Source: a virus | Lineage: Duplodnaviria; Caudoviricetes | DNA: 26,767 nucleotides | Strand: one strand, 5' to 3' | Virus record (IMG/VR): IMGVR_UViG_3300005332_000008 | Coordinates: 1-26,767 of that record | In this document: positions 16,094-25,023 of the stretch, one piece after another | Position numbering within the stretch: the stretch's first letter is position 1 | Layout of the letters: the number at the start of each line of letters is the position of its first letter | The notes under the pieces: generated by a model | Seen by the model: only the letters and a program-made list of their open reading frames with translations | The model's database searches: none | What the model was told of the DNA's origin: nothing | Position numbers and translations under genes: made by a program

Positions 16094-16929
16094 TGGCCTC
16101 ACTGACCATCACGCGCGAGGCGACGCGCGAAAACGCGCTGATCGCGATTCACGGCGCCGCCGCGACCGCCGTCACCTTCACGCTCGAACGCACCTCGCCG
16201 AGCGGCGCGACGGTCGCCGTGCGCGGCGCCGTCGACGCAGACCTCGAAGGCGATCCGACCCTCGTTCGTGACTGGGAGGTGCCCTTCGGCGTGCCTCTGA
16301 CCTACCGAGCGACGTTCTACAACGCGAGCGGCGCCGTGGTCGGCACGGGCGCGAGCGCGACTTTCACGCTCGACTACACCGGCTGCCCGGCCTGGCTCGT
16401 CGATATGGCGCGACCGACGAACTCGCTCGCGATCACGATCGAGTCCTTCACGCCACTCGACTTCGAGGTAGGCGCGGGCGTGATCCGCGTGCTCGATCGA
16501 CGGGCGCCCGTGCTCGTCACGCTGCCCGCCTGGACGCCCGATGCGGAGCTGGTCGTGCTGACCGACACGCTTGCGCAGCGCGATCAGGTGCGCTCGCTGC
16601 TCGGCTCGGGCTACCCGTTCTTGCTGCGCACCGTGCCCGAGCAGGGCGTCGGGAATATGTACCTCGGCGTCACTGACTTCAAAGAGGAGCGCATCCTCAC
16701 GCTCGGCACGCGCCCGCAGCGCCGTTTCGCGATCGAGGTCGTGCAGGTCGAGCGACCGAACGCCGCCGTATTCGCCCCGGTCCCGCCGACGACCTACTCG
16801 CAGGTCGCCGCGATCTTCGCGAACTACGCCGACCTACTCGCGCAGGTCGGGACCTATGACGCGCTCGCCTACTGGACCTTCGACGGCGCCGCGAGCGGGA
16901 CCCTGCCCTGGCTGCCCTCGGACGTGTAG
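16093..16929 (+). CDS. Minor tail protein (Dit-like position)
   Basis: Follows TMP; VRDWEVPFGVPLTYR; C-terminal TYxxL repeats. Confidence 0.75.
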   Translation: MASLTITREATRENALIAIHGAAATAVTFTLERTSPSGATVAVRGAVDADLEGDPTLVRDWEVPFGVPLTYRATFYNASGAVVGTGASATFTLDYTGCPAWLVDMARPTNSLAITIESFTPLDFEVGAGVIRVLDRRAPVLVTLPAWTPDAELVVLTDTLAQRDQVRSLLGSGYPFLLRTVPEQGVGNMYLGVTDFKEERILTLGTRPQRRFAIEVVQVERPNAAVFAPVPPTTYSQVAAIFANYADLLAQVGTYDALAYWTFDGAASGTLPWLPSDV

Positions 16930-16931
16930 CC

Positions 16932-18107
16932 GTGCTGCCCGTCTCCGATCGCTTCCTCGCGGCCCTGCGCCATTCGCACGCGCTCTCGGTCGTCGCCTAC
17001 CTCTACGCACCCGACGACCTCACGACGCCGATCGAGGTCGAGGTCGTCGGCGGGCAGATGGACGCGAACGCAGCGGCCCGCGTGCTGCGGCAAGCGAGCC
17101 TCGACGTGGCGCTCGCCCGCGAGGACACGGAGCTGCGCTCGCTGCTCCAGTCGATGCCCTTCGGCGGCTACTGCTCGATCGAGCGCGGCGTGCGTTACGC
17201 GACGGGCGAGACTGAGCGGGTCCCGCTCGGCTTCTTTCGTGTCGATTCCGTCGTCTGGGGCGAGCTGGTCGGCTCCGCGACCTTGCAGCTCTCCGATCGC
17301 TTCGCGCAGATTCAGGACGAACCGCTCGCGGCGCCCTTCAATCCCGCCGGGATGCATCCGAGCGATGCGATCGTCGCGCTGGTCCAGGCCGTATTCGGCA
17401 GCTCGATCGCGTACCACATCGAGACCACGCCCGCGAGCGAACCGCTCATGGCGGGCACGGTCTACGACCAAGAGCGCACGCAGGCGATCTCCGATCTCGC
17501 GCAGTCGATCAGCGCTGAGACGATCTTCGACGCTGAGGGCGACTTCGTGATCCGCCCGAACTATCAGCCGCACGATCCGGTCTGGACGATCGACGCGGGC
17601 GAGGCGGGCGTGCTCGTCAAGGCCGAGACGACGCTCGATCGGTCGAGCGTGCGGAACGGCGTCTCAGTTCGAGGCCAGCCCGACGCCGATCAGCCGCCGA
17701 TCTACGGGCTCGCGACCTTCACGGACCCGACTTCGCCGCTGCGCTGGGGAGGACCCTTCGGGCGCGTCGTGCTCATCGCTGAATCGACCGCCGTCACGAC
17801 GCAGGCGCAGGCCGACGCGACCGCGCGCTCGCTTCTGAACCTGCGCCTCGCGATGAGCCGCACCTTCGCCGTCGAGAGCGTGCCGAACCCCGCGCTCGAA
17901 CCCGAGGACGTGATCTCGATCGTCTTTCCCGATGGGCACGTCGAGCAGCAGGCGATCAAGGAGACGCACGTCGGGCTCGGCACGGACGGAGCGCTCGCGC
18001 TGGTCACGGTCGACAAGTACTCCGGCGACTGGGCGCCCGAAGCGCTCGACCTACTGCACGGCGAAGAGGCGGCGCAGGAACTCGCGCTCGCGCAGGTGGC
18101 CGCATGA
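16932..18107 (+). CDS. Minor tail/baseplate hub protein (DUF5047-like)
   Basis: [37 protein letters not shown]. Confidence 0.8.
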   Translation: MLPVSDRFLAALRHSHALSVVAYLYAPDDLTTPIEVEVVGGQMDANAAARVLRQASLDVALAREDTELRSLLQSMPFGGYCSIERGVRYATGETERVPLGFFRVDSVVWGELVGSATLQLSDRFAQIQDEPLAAPFNPAGMHPSDAIVALVQAVFGSSIAYHIETTPASEPLMAGTVYDQERTQAISDLAQSISAETIFDAEGDFVIRPNYQPHDPVWTIDAGEAGVLVKAETTLDRSSVRNGVSVRGQPDADQPPIYGLATFTDPTSPLRWGGPFGRVVLIAESTAVTTQAQADATARSLLNLRLAMSRTFAVESVPNPALEPEDVISIVFPDGHVEQQAIKETHVGLGTDGALALVTVDKYSGDWAPEALDLLHGEEAAQELALAQVAA

Positions 18108-18805
18108 CGACGACCGCGCCGCGCACGCCCTTTACGCGCACGCTGCCCTACGTCCTGCGCGAACAGCTCGCGCGCAAGCAGGTGCGGCTCACGATCGCGA
18201 AGGTGCACGCGGTCCCGAACGCGAACGAGGTCGAGATCGACATAGACGGCGTGCTCTCGACCGTGCCGCGGCTCGCGATCTACTCGCCCACGGTCGGACT
18301 ACCCTGCTATCTGATCGTCGGCGCGACGACCGTGCTCGCGATCGGCGACGTTGGCGGCGCGACCTCGGGCATCGGGCCGCAGGGACCGCCCGGGCCGCAG
18401 GGGCCCGCAGGCCCGACCGGCGCCACGGGCTCAACAGGGCCCGCAGGCCCGACCGGGCCGCAGGGTGATCCGGGCGCGACGGGCGCGACGGGTCCCGCAG
18501 GCGCGACGGGTCCGCAAGGGCCGAAGGGGGACACGGGCGCGACCGGCTCGACTGGCTCGACCGGGCCGCAGGGACCGAAGGGCGACACGGGCGACACGGG
18601 CCCGGCAGGCCCGAGCGGCGCCTCGACCTTCCTCAGCGGCGCCGGAACGCCGACCGGCGCGACCGGCGTCGACGGCTCGATCTACCTCGACACGACCACG
18701 CGCCGCTTCTGGGGCCCGAAGGCCGCGGGCGCCTGGCCCTCGACCGCCTTCGCGCGGGCGGTCCCACTCCAGCCGACCTATGCCGATTTGAAAGGAGCGC
18801 CCTAG
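18104..18805 (+). CDS. Minor tail protein with collagen-like stalk
   Basis: 28 G-X-Y triplets between N- and C-terminal beta domains. Confidence 0.85.
   Translation: MTTTAPRTPFTRTLPYVLREQLARKQVRLTIAKVHAVPNANEVEIDIDGVLSTVPRLAIYSPTVGLPCYLIVGATTVLAIGDVGGATSGIGPQGPPGPQGPAGPTGATGSTGPAGPTGPQGDPGATGATGPAGATGPQGPKGDTGATGSTGSTGPQGPKGDTGDTGPAGPSGASTFLSGAGTPTGATGVDGSIYLDTTTRRFWGPKAAGAWPSTAFARAVPLQPTYADLKGAP
18374..18625 (+). repeat. Collagen-like G-X-Y coding repeat
   Basis: [12 protein letters not shown]...GPSGAS. Confidence 0.9.
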
Positions 18806-19576
18806 ATGCCCGGCTCGACTCCAAATCTCGCCCTGCCCTATCCGCTGCCCGCCGATCCCGCCGACGTTCCATCCGACATTCAGGCACTCGCGACGGCGGT
18901 CGATAACCTCGCGCCGGGCGGCTCATTCTCGAAGCCGCCGACGCGACAGGTATTCACGACAGCGGGCGCGAGCGCTTACGCACCGCCTGCGGGCTGCAAG
19001 AAGATTCTCGTCGAGTGCATCGGCGGCGGCGGCGCAGGCGGCGGCACGGTCGCGATCAGCGCGGGCCAGACAGCGAACGGCGGCGGCGCAGGCGGCGGCG
19101 CCTACGCGGCTTCGCTGCTCGCTGCTTCCTCGCAGACCGTGACCGTAGGCGCCGCAGGTGCGGTCGGCGCGGCGGGCGCGAACGGCGGTAACGGCGGCGC
19201 ATCGAGCTTCGGCTCGCTCGTCGTCGCCGGTGGAGGTGGCGGCGGCGTAGCAGGCGGCGGCGGCGCACCGCCGACGAACCCCGGCTCCGCAGGCGCAGGC
19301 GGCACGGCGACGGCGGGCGACGTGCGCATTCCGGGCTCGCCCGGCGTGACCATGCTCGCGACCGCGATCGGCGTCTACCGCAACGGCGGCGGCGCGGCTG
19401 CGCGCGGCGGCGGCGGCGCTGCGAATAACCCATCGGGCGGCAGCGGCGCGGGCGCGGGCGGCGTCGGCACCGCGCCGGGTGGCGGAGGCGGAGGCGGCGG
19501 GGCCGGGAACGCGCAGAGCGCGCAGACCGGAGGCGCAGGCGCCGCGGGCATGGTCGTAATCACGGAGTACTACTAG
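18806..19576 (+). CDS. Glycine-rich tail fibre/receptor-binding protein
   Basis: TPNLALPYP...DIQALATAVD N-terminus; polyglycine domain ending GMVVITEY. Confidence 0.8.
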   Translation: MPGSTPNLALPYPLPADPADVPSDIQALATAVDNLAPGGSFSKPPTRQVFTTAGASAYAPPAGCKKILVECIGGGGAGGGTVAISAGQTANGGGAGGGAYAASLLAASSQTVTVGAAGAVGAAGANGGNGGASSFGSLVVAGGGGGGVAGGGGAPPTNPGSAGAGGTATAGDVRIPGSPGVTMLATAIGVYRNGGGAAARGGGGAANNPSGGSGAGAGGVGTAPGGGGGGGGAGNAQSAQTGGAGAAGMVVITEYY

Positions 19577-19592
19577 ACCAAGGGAGGAGCGC

Positions 19593-19745
19593 ATGAGCGA
19601 GACCGAGCGCGAGGAAGAGCATTCGGAAGAAGAGTGGGAAGCGCTCGCAGCAGAAGAGCCAGCCGAGCGCGACTCGCCGCTCGAAGAGCCTTCGCATCCG
19701 GCGAGCAGCCCCGATGAGGAGGAGGGCGGTCGTCGATGGCCCTAA
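19593..19745 (+). CDS. Acidic 50-aa peptide
   Basis: GGGAGGAG SD; MSETEREEEHSEEEWEALAAEE...; overlaps the endolysin start. Confidence 0.6.
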   Translation: MSETEREEEHSEEEWEALAAEEPAERDSPLEEPSHPASSPDEEEGGRRWP

Positions 19746-20560
19746 AGCGCAAGTGGATTCCGAGCCCCTGCTACAGCTCGCGCGGCGGCGCAGCCGTGCG
19801 TCTGATCGTGCTCCACACCGCCGAGGGCGCGACGACGATCGAAAGCCTCGGCTCATGGTTCAAGAACACGGCGAATCAGGTCTCGTCGCACTGCGGCGCC
19901 GACGACAAGGCGAACACGGTCGGCGAGTACGTGAAGCGAGGGAACAAAGCCTGGACGGCTGCGAACGCGAACCCGGTCGCCGTGCAGATCGAGCTATGCG
20001 GCTTCGCGAAGTGGTCGCAGTCGGTCTGGAAGAACGAGCACGCGACCATGCTCGACAACTGCGCGAAGTGGATCGCCGAAGAGAGTGCGAAGTTCGGCAT
20101 CCCGATCACGAAGCTGAGCGCATCGCAGGCGCAGGGCTCGGGCCGCGGCGTCTGCCAGCACCGCGACCTCGGGAGCTGGGGAGGCGGGCATAGCGACTGC
20201 GGAAACGGCTTCCCGATCGACTTCGTGCTCGACAACGCTCGCGCCTACGCGGGCGGGAAAACACCGGAGGACGAGATGGGCTATCCGCAGTGGTTCTGGG
20301 ACTGGGCGCAGTGGTACTACACGACCGACCGCAAGAAGAGCGAGCGCCCGAAGTCGGCGCCCGAGAAGATCCCGCAGTGGGCCTGGGACGGAGGCGCCGA
20401 CCTCGACCGGATCGCGAAGCGGAAGGGCATGACCTCGGGCGAGCGCGACTGGATCGACTGGCGCGCGGCGGGCTCGCCGGACGGCAAGCGGCCAGACGTG
20501 CCGCAGACGATCCCGCCCTTCTGGTGGAACGACAACGAATACGTACTCGCGAAGTCGTGA
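19736..20560 (+). CDS. Endolysin: Amidase_2 N-acetylmuramoyl-L-alanine amidase plus Trp-rich C-terminal domain
   Basis: IVLHTAEG, VSSH, QIELCG, CQHRDL, HSDCG. Confidence 0.9.
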   Translation: MALKRKWIPSPCYSSRGGAAVRLIVLHTAEGATTIESLGSWFKNTANQVSSHCGADDKANTVGEYVKRGNKAWTAANANPVAVQIELCGFAKWSQSVWKNEHATMLDNCAKWIAEESAKFGIPITKLSASQAQGSGRGVCQHRDLGSWGGGHSDCGNGFPIDFVLDNARAYAGGKTPEDEMGYPQWFWDWAQWYYTTDRKKSERPKSAPEKIPQWAWDGGADLDRIAKRKGMTSGERDWIDWRAAGSPDGKRPDVPQTIPPFWWNDNEYVLAKS

Positions 20561-20563
20561 CGA

Positions 20564-20722
20564 GTGCGCTCGATCAGCGACGCGATCGCTGCTCTGCTCG
20601 CCGCTCTCGGCAGCATCGCCTCGGCCTGGTTCGCGATGCGACGCGAGCGCAAGCACTGCGAGGAGCGGCTGAGCGACTTCCGCGCAGGCATCGAGGAGGA
20701 GCGCAAGCGTGAAACGCCCTAG
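20564..20722 (+). CDS. 52-aa single-TM protein, holin-like
   Basis: AIAALLAALGSIASAWFAM followed by a charged tail; directly after endolysin. Confidence 0.6.
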   Translation: MRSISDAIAALLAALGSIASAWFAMRRERKHCEERLSDFRAGIEEERKRETP

Positions 20723-20981
20723 CCGCAGCGTTCTCCTGCTCGCGCTCGCGCTCTCGCTGGCAGGCGCCGCGGGCTATCTGGGCGCGAGCGCTCTCGGCTC
20801 GACGGCGGCGCCAGCGCGAACCGTGACGATCAACGTCGCTACCGGACCCCGGGGCCCGGCAGGACCCCCCGGCCCGCCGGGTCCTGCGGGGCTCGCCTGC
20901 CCGAGCGGCTTCGAGCCGGGCGAGCTGGTGATCGATCACCCAGGAGGGCAGGTGCGAATCTGGACCTGCTTGCACGGATGA
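20709..20981 (+). CDS. Secreted or membrane-anchored protein with mini-collagen and two Cys
   Basis: Signal-like N-terminus, five G-P-X triplets, CPSGF...WTC. Confidence 0.7.
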   Translation: MKRPSRSVLLLALALSLAGAAGYLGASALGSTAAPARTVTINVATGPRGPAGPPGPPGPAGLACPSGFEPGELVIDHPGGQVRIWTCLHG

Positions 20982-21217
20982 TCGACCGCGATCTTGTCGC
21001 GCTGATCATCGCCGTGGGCGTCGCGGGCTCGATCTTCGCGCTCGCGATCGCCGCCGCGATCGCCGAAGCCTCGAACGACCTCACGCTGAGCGAGGCCGCG
21101 GCGACGCTGCTCTCGACCGCGCTCGGCGCCGCGATCGGCGCCGTCGCGACCTACCTTGGGACCCGTGCGAAGGGCGGCGAAGAATCACCTCCGCAGGAAA
21201 AGGGTCCGTCTGGATAA
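20978..21217 (+). CDS. Two-TM protein, putative holin
   Basis: Two hydrophobic helices and a charged C-terminus, in the lysis cassette. Confidence 0.65.
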   Translation: MIDRDLVALIIAVGVAGSIFALAIAAAIAEASNDLTLSEAAATLLSTALGAAIGAVATYLGTRAKGGEESPPQEKGPSG

Positions 21218-21353
21218 AGTTCCGCCGCAAAGAGCGAGAAAAACAGCGCTGCGGCAAAGCGCCTGCATTTTCGGCGCGTGAGGTATCAGAAGGGCTCAGG
21301 GGGGCTCAGACGGTCGCACCTGTTCGCAGCCGATTCGTTAGAACGCCGGGCGC

Positions 21354-21611
21354 ATGAGCGTCCGAGTGATCGAGCAGAAGCCGCACGACTGGCGCGAGGT
21401 CGAGGCGCAGATGCGCGAGACGATCGTCGCACGGCTCGATCGCGCGCTCGCGGACCTCGACGACCTCGAAGCGCTCTGCGGCGAGCGCGAGGATGTGGGC
21501 CATGAGTGCCGCGTGCTCGCGGCCAGCCTGCGCACGATCCGCAACGAGGACGAGCGCCGCGCCTACTTCCTGCGCGCTATCGCCCGCGAGCTAGAGGGCG
21601 AGGCCGGGTGA
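21354..21611 (+). CDS. Hypothetical coiled-coil protein
   Basis: 85-aa ORF, first gene after a non-coding gap. Confidence 0.65.
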   Translation: MSVRVIEQKPHDWREVEAQMRETIVARLDRALADLDDLEALCGEREDVGHECRVLAASLRTIRNEDERRAYFLRAIARELEGEAG

Positions 21612-21865
21612 TCGACCTGCGGCTCATGCTCGGGCTCGGGCTGGCCGTCGTTCTGAGCGCGCCGCGCCACTGGATCACGCAGCGCGATGCCGCGCGGCAC
21701 GCGCACGTCTCGCTCGCGACGATCAAGCGCGCGAAGGCACGCGGCGAGCTGCACTTCGAGCAGATCGGGCGGCTCACCCGCACGACTTACGAATGGGTAG
21801 ACGAGTGGGTGCAGCGCCAGAACGAGGGGCAACGGAAGAACGGGCGGGGCGATGGCGACGACTGA
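21608..21865 (+). CDS. Excisionase-like HTH_17 protein
   Basis: WITQRDAARHAHVSLATIKRAKARGEL...IGRLTR...VDEWV; GTGA overlap. Confidence 0.75.
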   Translation: MIDLRLMLGLGLAVVLSAPRHWITQRDAARHAHVSLATIKRAKARGELHFEQIGRLTRTTYEWVDEWVQRQNEGQRKNGRGDGDD

Positions 21866-22082
21866 CGACCTAAACGAGCGGCTGACCTACCCCGACGCGC
21901 TCTTGCAGCGCACGGACCTCTATCGGCTCGGCTGCACGCGCCGCGCCGCCGACGTGATCTTCCGCGAGCTGCCCGTCGTCGTGATGCCCGGCTTCTCGCG
22001 CCCGATGATCCGCGTCGGCGACTTCCTCGACTACCTGCGAGAGCACCGCTACGACGAGCACCGCGTGAGGCTCGGTCGATGA
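21852..22082 (+). CDS. Small DNA-binding, Xis-like protein
   Basis: LLQRTDL...GFSRPMIRVGDFLDYL; immediately upstream of int. Confidence 0.55.
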   Translation: MATTDDLNERLTYPDALLQRTDLYRLGCTRRAADVIFRELPVVVMPGFSRPMIRVGDFLDYLREHRYDEHRVRLGR

Positions 22083-22237
22083 GCGAGTGTCCAGCACGGC
22101 CCGCTATTCTGCTCACTGCGCCGAGCGAAAGGCGCCCGGGACCCGCGACGACGAATCGACGAGCCCCGGACTCGACCGAGACCTACGAAGGAGGACTCGA
22201 CCGTGAGATCGACTCTACCGCTGAGGACGTGGCGCTA

Positions 22238-23275
22238 ATGGCGTCGGTCTGGATCAGCGAACGGACGCGCGGCAAGTCGACGAGGCACGTCGTCTCGTTC
22301 CGCGTCGGCGGGCGCGATACGCGCTCGCAGTACGGAGGCTCATTCAAGTCAAAGCGGCTGGCATCGATTCGCGCCGCCGCGATCGAGCGCGACCTCGCAG
22401 AGCTGCGCGAGCCGGTTCTGCGCATCATCGAGAAGGCGCCCGCGCGCACGCTGCGCGAGGCAGGCAGCGACTGGCTCGCGAGCCGCATCGACGTATCCGA
22501 GGCGACGCTCGCGAGGCATCGCTCGGAGCTGCACCGCATCGACCGACACGGGCTCGCCGATCGGCGCGTCGACGAGATCACGCCCGAGCAGGTCGCTGAG
22601 TGGATCGTCGCGCTCAGCGAGGACTACGCTCGCGGCTCGATCCGTAAGACGAAGCAGACGCTCTCGATGATCCTCGATCGCGAGCGCGTCGAGCCGAACC
22701 CGGCCCGCGATCGGCAGGTGCGGCTACCTCGCGAGGAAGAGAAGGACCTGCGCGTGCCCACCGCAGGCGAGATCGAGGCAGTGCTCGCGCACCTGCCCGA
22801 GCGGCATCGACTGCCGCTGCTCTTCCTCGACTGGTCCGGGGCCCGCATCGGCGTGATCGACTCGACGCTCGTCGGCGACTACGACCGCAAGAGGCAGCGC
22901 GTGCGCCTGCGCAATAAGGGCGGCGGGCGCTACTGGTCAGAAGTGCATCCGACGCTCGCAGGAGCGATCGAGGCGCAGCTCGGACCCGTTTCCGATGCGG
23001 GGGCTCAGCTCTTCGCCGGATCGAGCGCAGACGCGCTCAGGACGGCGATCGCGAAGGCGGCAGCGAAGGCGGGCGTTCCGCTCTTCTCGCCGCACGACCT
23101 CCGGCATCGGCGAGTCTCGCTGCTGCATCGGCAGGGCATCGACTGGGCGCGCATCGGCGCCTTCGTCGGGCAGCGCTCGCTCAAGGTGACCGCCGACACC
23201 TATACGCACGTACTCGCCGACGAGCGCGAACTCGCTTACGACTGGCTGCTGAGCGCGAGGGCTGCGGGCGAGTGA
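22238..23275 (+). CDS. int: Tyrosine integrase
   Basis: SGARIG (R), RNK (K), HDLRH, VGQ, DTYTH (Y); N-terminal arm-binding-like domain. Confidence 0.92.
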   Translation: MASVWISERTRGKSTRHVVSFRVGGRDTRSQYGGSFKSKRLASIRAAAIERDLAELREPVLRIIEKAPARTLREAGSDWLASRIDVSEATLARHRSELHRIDRHGLADRRVDEITPEQVAEWIVALSEDYARGSIRKTKQTLSMILDRERVEPNPARDRQVRLPREEEKDLRVPTAGEIEAVLAHLPERHRLPLLFLDWSGARIGVIDSTLVGDYDRKRQRVRLRNKGGGRYWSEVHPTLAGAIEAQLGPVSDAGAQLFAGSSADALRTAIAKAAAKAGVPLFSPHDLRHRRVSLLHRQGIDWARIGAFVGQRSLKVTADTYTHVLADERELAYDWLLSARAAGE

Positions 23276-23754
23276 CGGCTCGGGCGGAGCGCTACGCGGC
23301 GGCGGCGCAGACTCTCCTTCGCGAGAGCGGGTGCACCGTCCGCCGCTGGCGCTCCGGTTCGAGCGGCAGCGCGTACATCGGCACGCCCGACTGGGCGATC
23401 GAGTGCCCGCGTCCGACGGGTCCCGTCTCCTTCGCGATCCTCGCGCACGAAGTCGGGCATCACCTCCTCCACGGCGACAAGAAGCGGCGCCCGCGCTGGG
23501 TCGAAGAGGTCGAAGCCTGGGAGTACGCGCTCGCGCAGTTCAGGCGCTTCGGTCTGAGCGGCAGCGTGCAGCTCGAACGGCACGCCGCGATCTCGATCGG
23601 CTATGCCTTCGTGAAGGCGATCCGGCGCTCGCCGCTGCTCGCCTCGACGATCTTCGAGCGCTATCCCGAGTGGTGGCTCGCAGCCGAGCGCGAGGACGCG
23701 CGTGGGCTCTTCGAGCCCGCGATGAGCAGAGAACGGAAAGCGCTCGATGAGTGA
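23272..23754 (+). CDS. HExxH zinc metallopeptidase, ImmA/IrrE-like
   Basis: LAHEVGHHLLH...EEVEAWEYA. Confidence 0.7.
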   Translation: MTARAERYAAAAQTLLRESGCTVRRWRSGSSGSAYIGTPDWAIECPRPTGPVSFAILAHEVGHHLLHGDKKRRPRWVEEVEAWEYALAQFRRFGLSGSVQLERHAAISIGYAFVKAIRRSPLLASTIFERYPEWWLAAEREDARGLFEPAMSRERKALDE

Positions 23755-23977
23755 ACCGATCGACTGGGAAGAGCGTTCGATCGAGGCGCAGAATCGCTCT
23801 CACGCCTGGCTCGACGCCGCGAGACGCCTCGGCGTCGCAGCCGAAGAGATCGAACTGGTGCAGTGCGCTCTCGACGACCTCGACGAGAGCGACCTCGCGA
23901 GCGATCTCGACTCGACCCGCGCGACGCTGATCGCGCTCGCGCAGAAGTTCGCGCAGGAGGGCTCGCCGAGTGTCTAG
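23747..23977 (+). CDS. Hypothetical acidic helical protein
   Basis: 76-aa ORF overlapping the upstream stop. Confidence 0.6.
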   Translation: MSEPIDWEERSIEAQNRSHAWLDAARRLGVAAEEIELVQCALDDLDESDLASDLDSTRATLIALAQKFAQEGSPSV

Positions 23978-23987
23978 GCGGCTCGCT

Positions 23988-24172
23988 CCGTGCTGGCCCG
24001 GTGCTGGACAGAAGGCGCCCGAGGGCACGCTAGACCGCATGGCTGCGCGAGGCTCGGATTCCTCCCGGGGCCATTTTCGCCGAATCGCTGAGCGCGCTTC
24101 CGCGCCGTTACGCGGAATCGACTTGTCGCAGAGGTCTCGATCTACCGCGCCGTGCTGGCCCGGTGCTGGACA
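23988..24172. other. Putative attP: 23-bp direct repeats (arm sites) flanking a tRNA 3'-like core
   Basis: CCGTGCTGGCCCGGTGCTGGACA at 23988 and 24150; GATTCCTCCCGGGGCCA at 24057-24073. Confidence 0.65.
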
Positions 24173-24191
24173 CTCTGCGGGCGCAAAGGTT

Positions 24192-24210
24192 CGATTCCTT
24201 CAAGGAATCG
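24192..24210. repeat. Perfect 9-bp inverted repeat
   Basis: CGATTCCTT-C-AAGGAATCG just upstream of the 24218 gene. Confidence 0.7.
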
Positions 24211-24217
24211 GAGCAGC

Positions 24218-24463
24218 GTGAGAACCGCAGCGAAGCACCTCGCGCTTCGTACGTCCACGCGGCGCAGGCGGCGGCGCCTGGTCGAGCAGATCGTCGCTGC
24301 GACGCAGCGGGCGGGCTGGGGCTCCGTCGAGGCGGCCGCGGTCGAGGTCGGCGATCCGCAGGCGATGGAACTCGCCGGGATGATCGTCGTCCTGAATCGG
24401 CTGCTCTTCGAGCGGGCCTGCGAGCTGCGCGACGACTGCGAGACGGACGGAGCGCTCGCTTGA
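24218..24463 (+). CDS. Hypothetical protein, 81 aa
   Basis: GGAG SD before GTG 24218; overlaps next start. Confidence 0.55.
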   Translation: MRTAAKHLALRTSTRRRRRRLVEQIVAATQRAGWGSVEAAAVEVGDPQAMELAGMIVVLNRLLFERACELRDDCETDGALA

Positions 24464-25023
24464 GCGAGGGACAGCCGCAGCGCAGCCGCCTCTACGCGCT
24501 CAGCCTGCTAGTCCTGCTGCTCGTCGTCGCGCTGGTCGCGATCGTGCTCGCCTGGCGCAGTGGCTCTGCTGATTCGGCATCGACCGAGCCGACGACCGAG
24601 CCGACGACCGAGCCGACGACTGAGCCGACGACGACCGAGCCCGATGATCCCGGTCCCGATCCGCTGGTCGTCGAGCTGCGCGCGAAACTGCGGCGCGAGC
24701 GGCGCCTGCTCGCGCTCTCGCGTCGTCGCGAGCGTGGGCTGCGGCGGACGCTGGTGCATCGGCCCTCGACGATCGAGGCGATAAACCTCGCCTGCTCGAC
24801 CTACGGCTCATGCTCGACGCTTTGGCGGCGCGCGCGCTGCGAATCGCGGCTCGACCCGTACGCGCACAACGCGAGCGGCGCCTCGGGCCTCTTCCAGTTC
24901 CTGCCCTCGACCTTCGACTCGACGCCCTTCTCGCGCTTCTCGATCTGGTCGCCGTACGCGAACGCGCTCGCGGCGGGCTGGATGCAGGCGCACGGGCGCG
25001 GAGGGGAGTGGGCCTGCCGATGA
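24460..25023 (+). CDS. Membrane-anchored lytic transglycosylase (SLT/Rpf-like)
   Basis: TM helix, TEPT linker, RCES, GASGLFQFLPSTF, terminal EWAC; TTGA overlap. Confidence 0.85.
   Translation: MSEGQPQRSRLYALSLLVLLLVVALVAIVLAWRSGSADSASTEPTTEPTTEPTTEPTTTEPDDPGPDPLVVELRAKLRRERRLLALSRRRERGLRRTLVHRPSTIEAINLACSTYGSCSTLWRRARCESRLDPYAHNASGASGLFQFLPSTFDSTPFSRFSIWSPYANALAAGWMQAHGRGGEWACR
24583..24642 (+). repeat. 12-bp tandem coding repeat (TEPT x4 plus partial)
   Basis: ACCGAGCCGACG units. Confidence 0.85.

Noticed and set aside
18104-19576. Diversity-generating retroelement or fibre-switching cassette
   Set aside because: No reverse transcriptase and no template/variable repeat pair; repeats are collagen and polyglycine coding.
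22079-22237. 53-aa N-terminal extension of the integrase
   Set aside because: Spans promoter-like and SD/uORF signals; MASVWI at 22238 is the more plausible start.
23988-24172. CRISPR mini-array, with the Cas4-like gene nearby
   Set aside because: Only two repeats separated by 139 bp; the exonuclease is paired with a RecT-like gene as a phage recombination module.
24186-24200. tRNA gene suggested by AAGGTTCGATTCCTT
   Set aside because: T-arm-like only; no D arm, anticodon arm or acceptor stem; it overlaps a separate palindrome.
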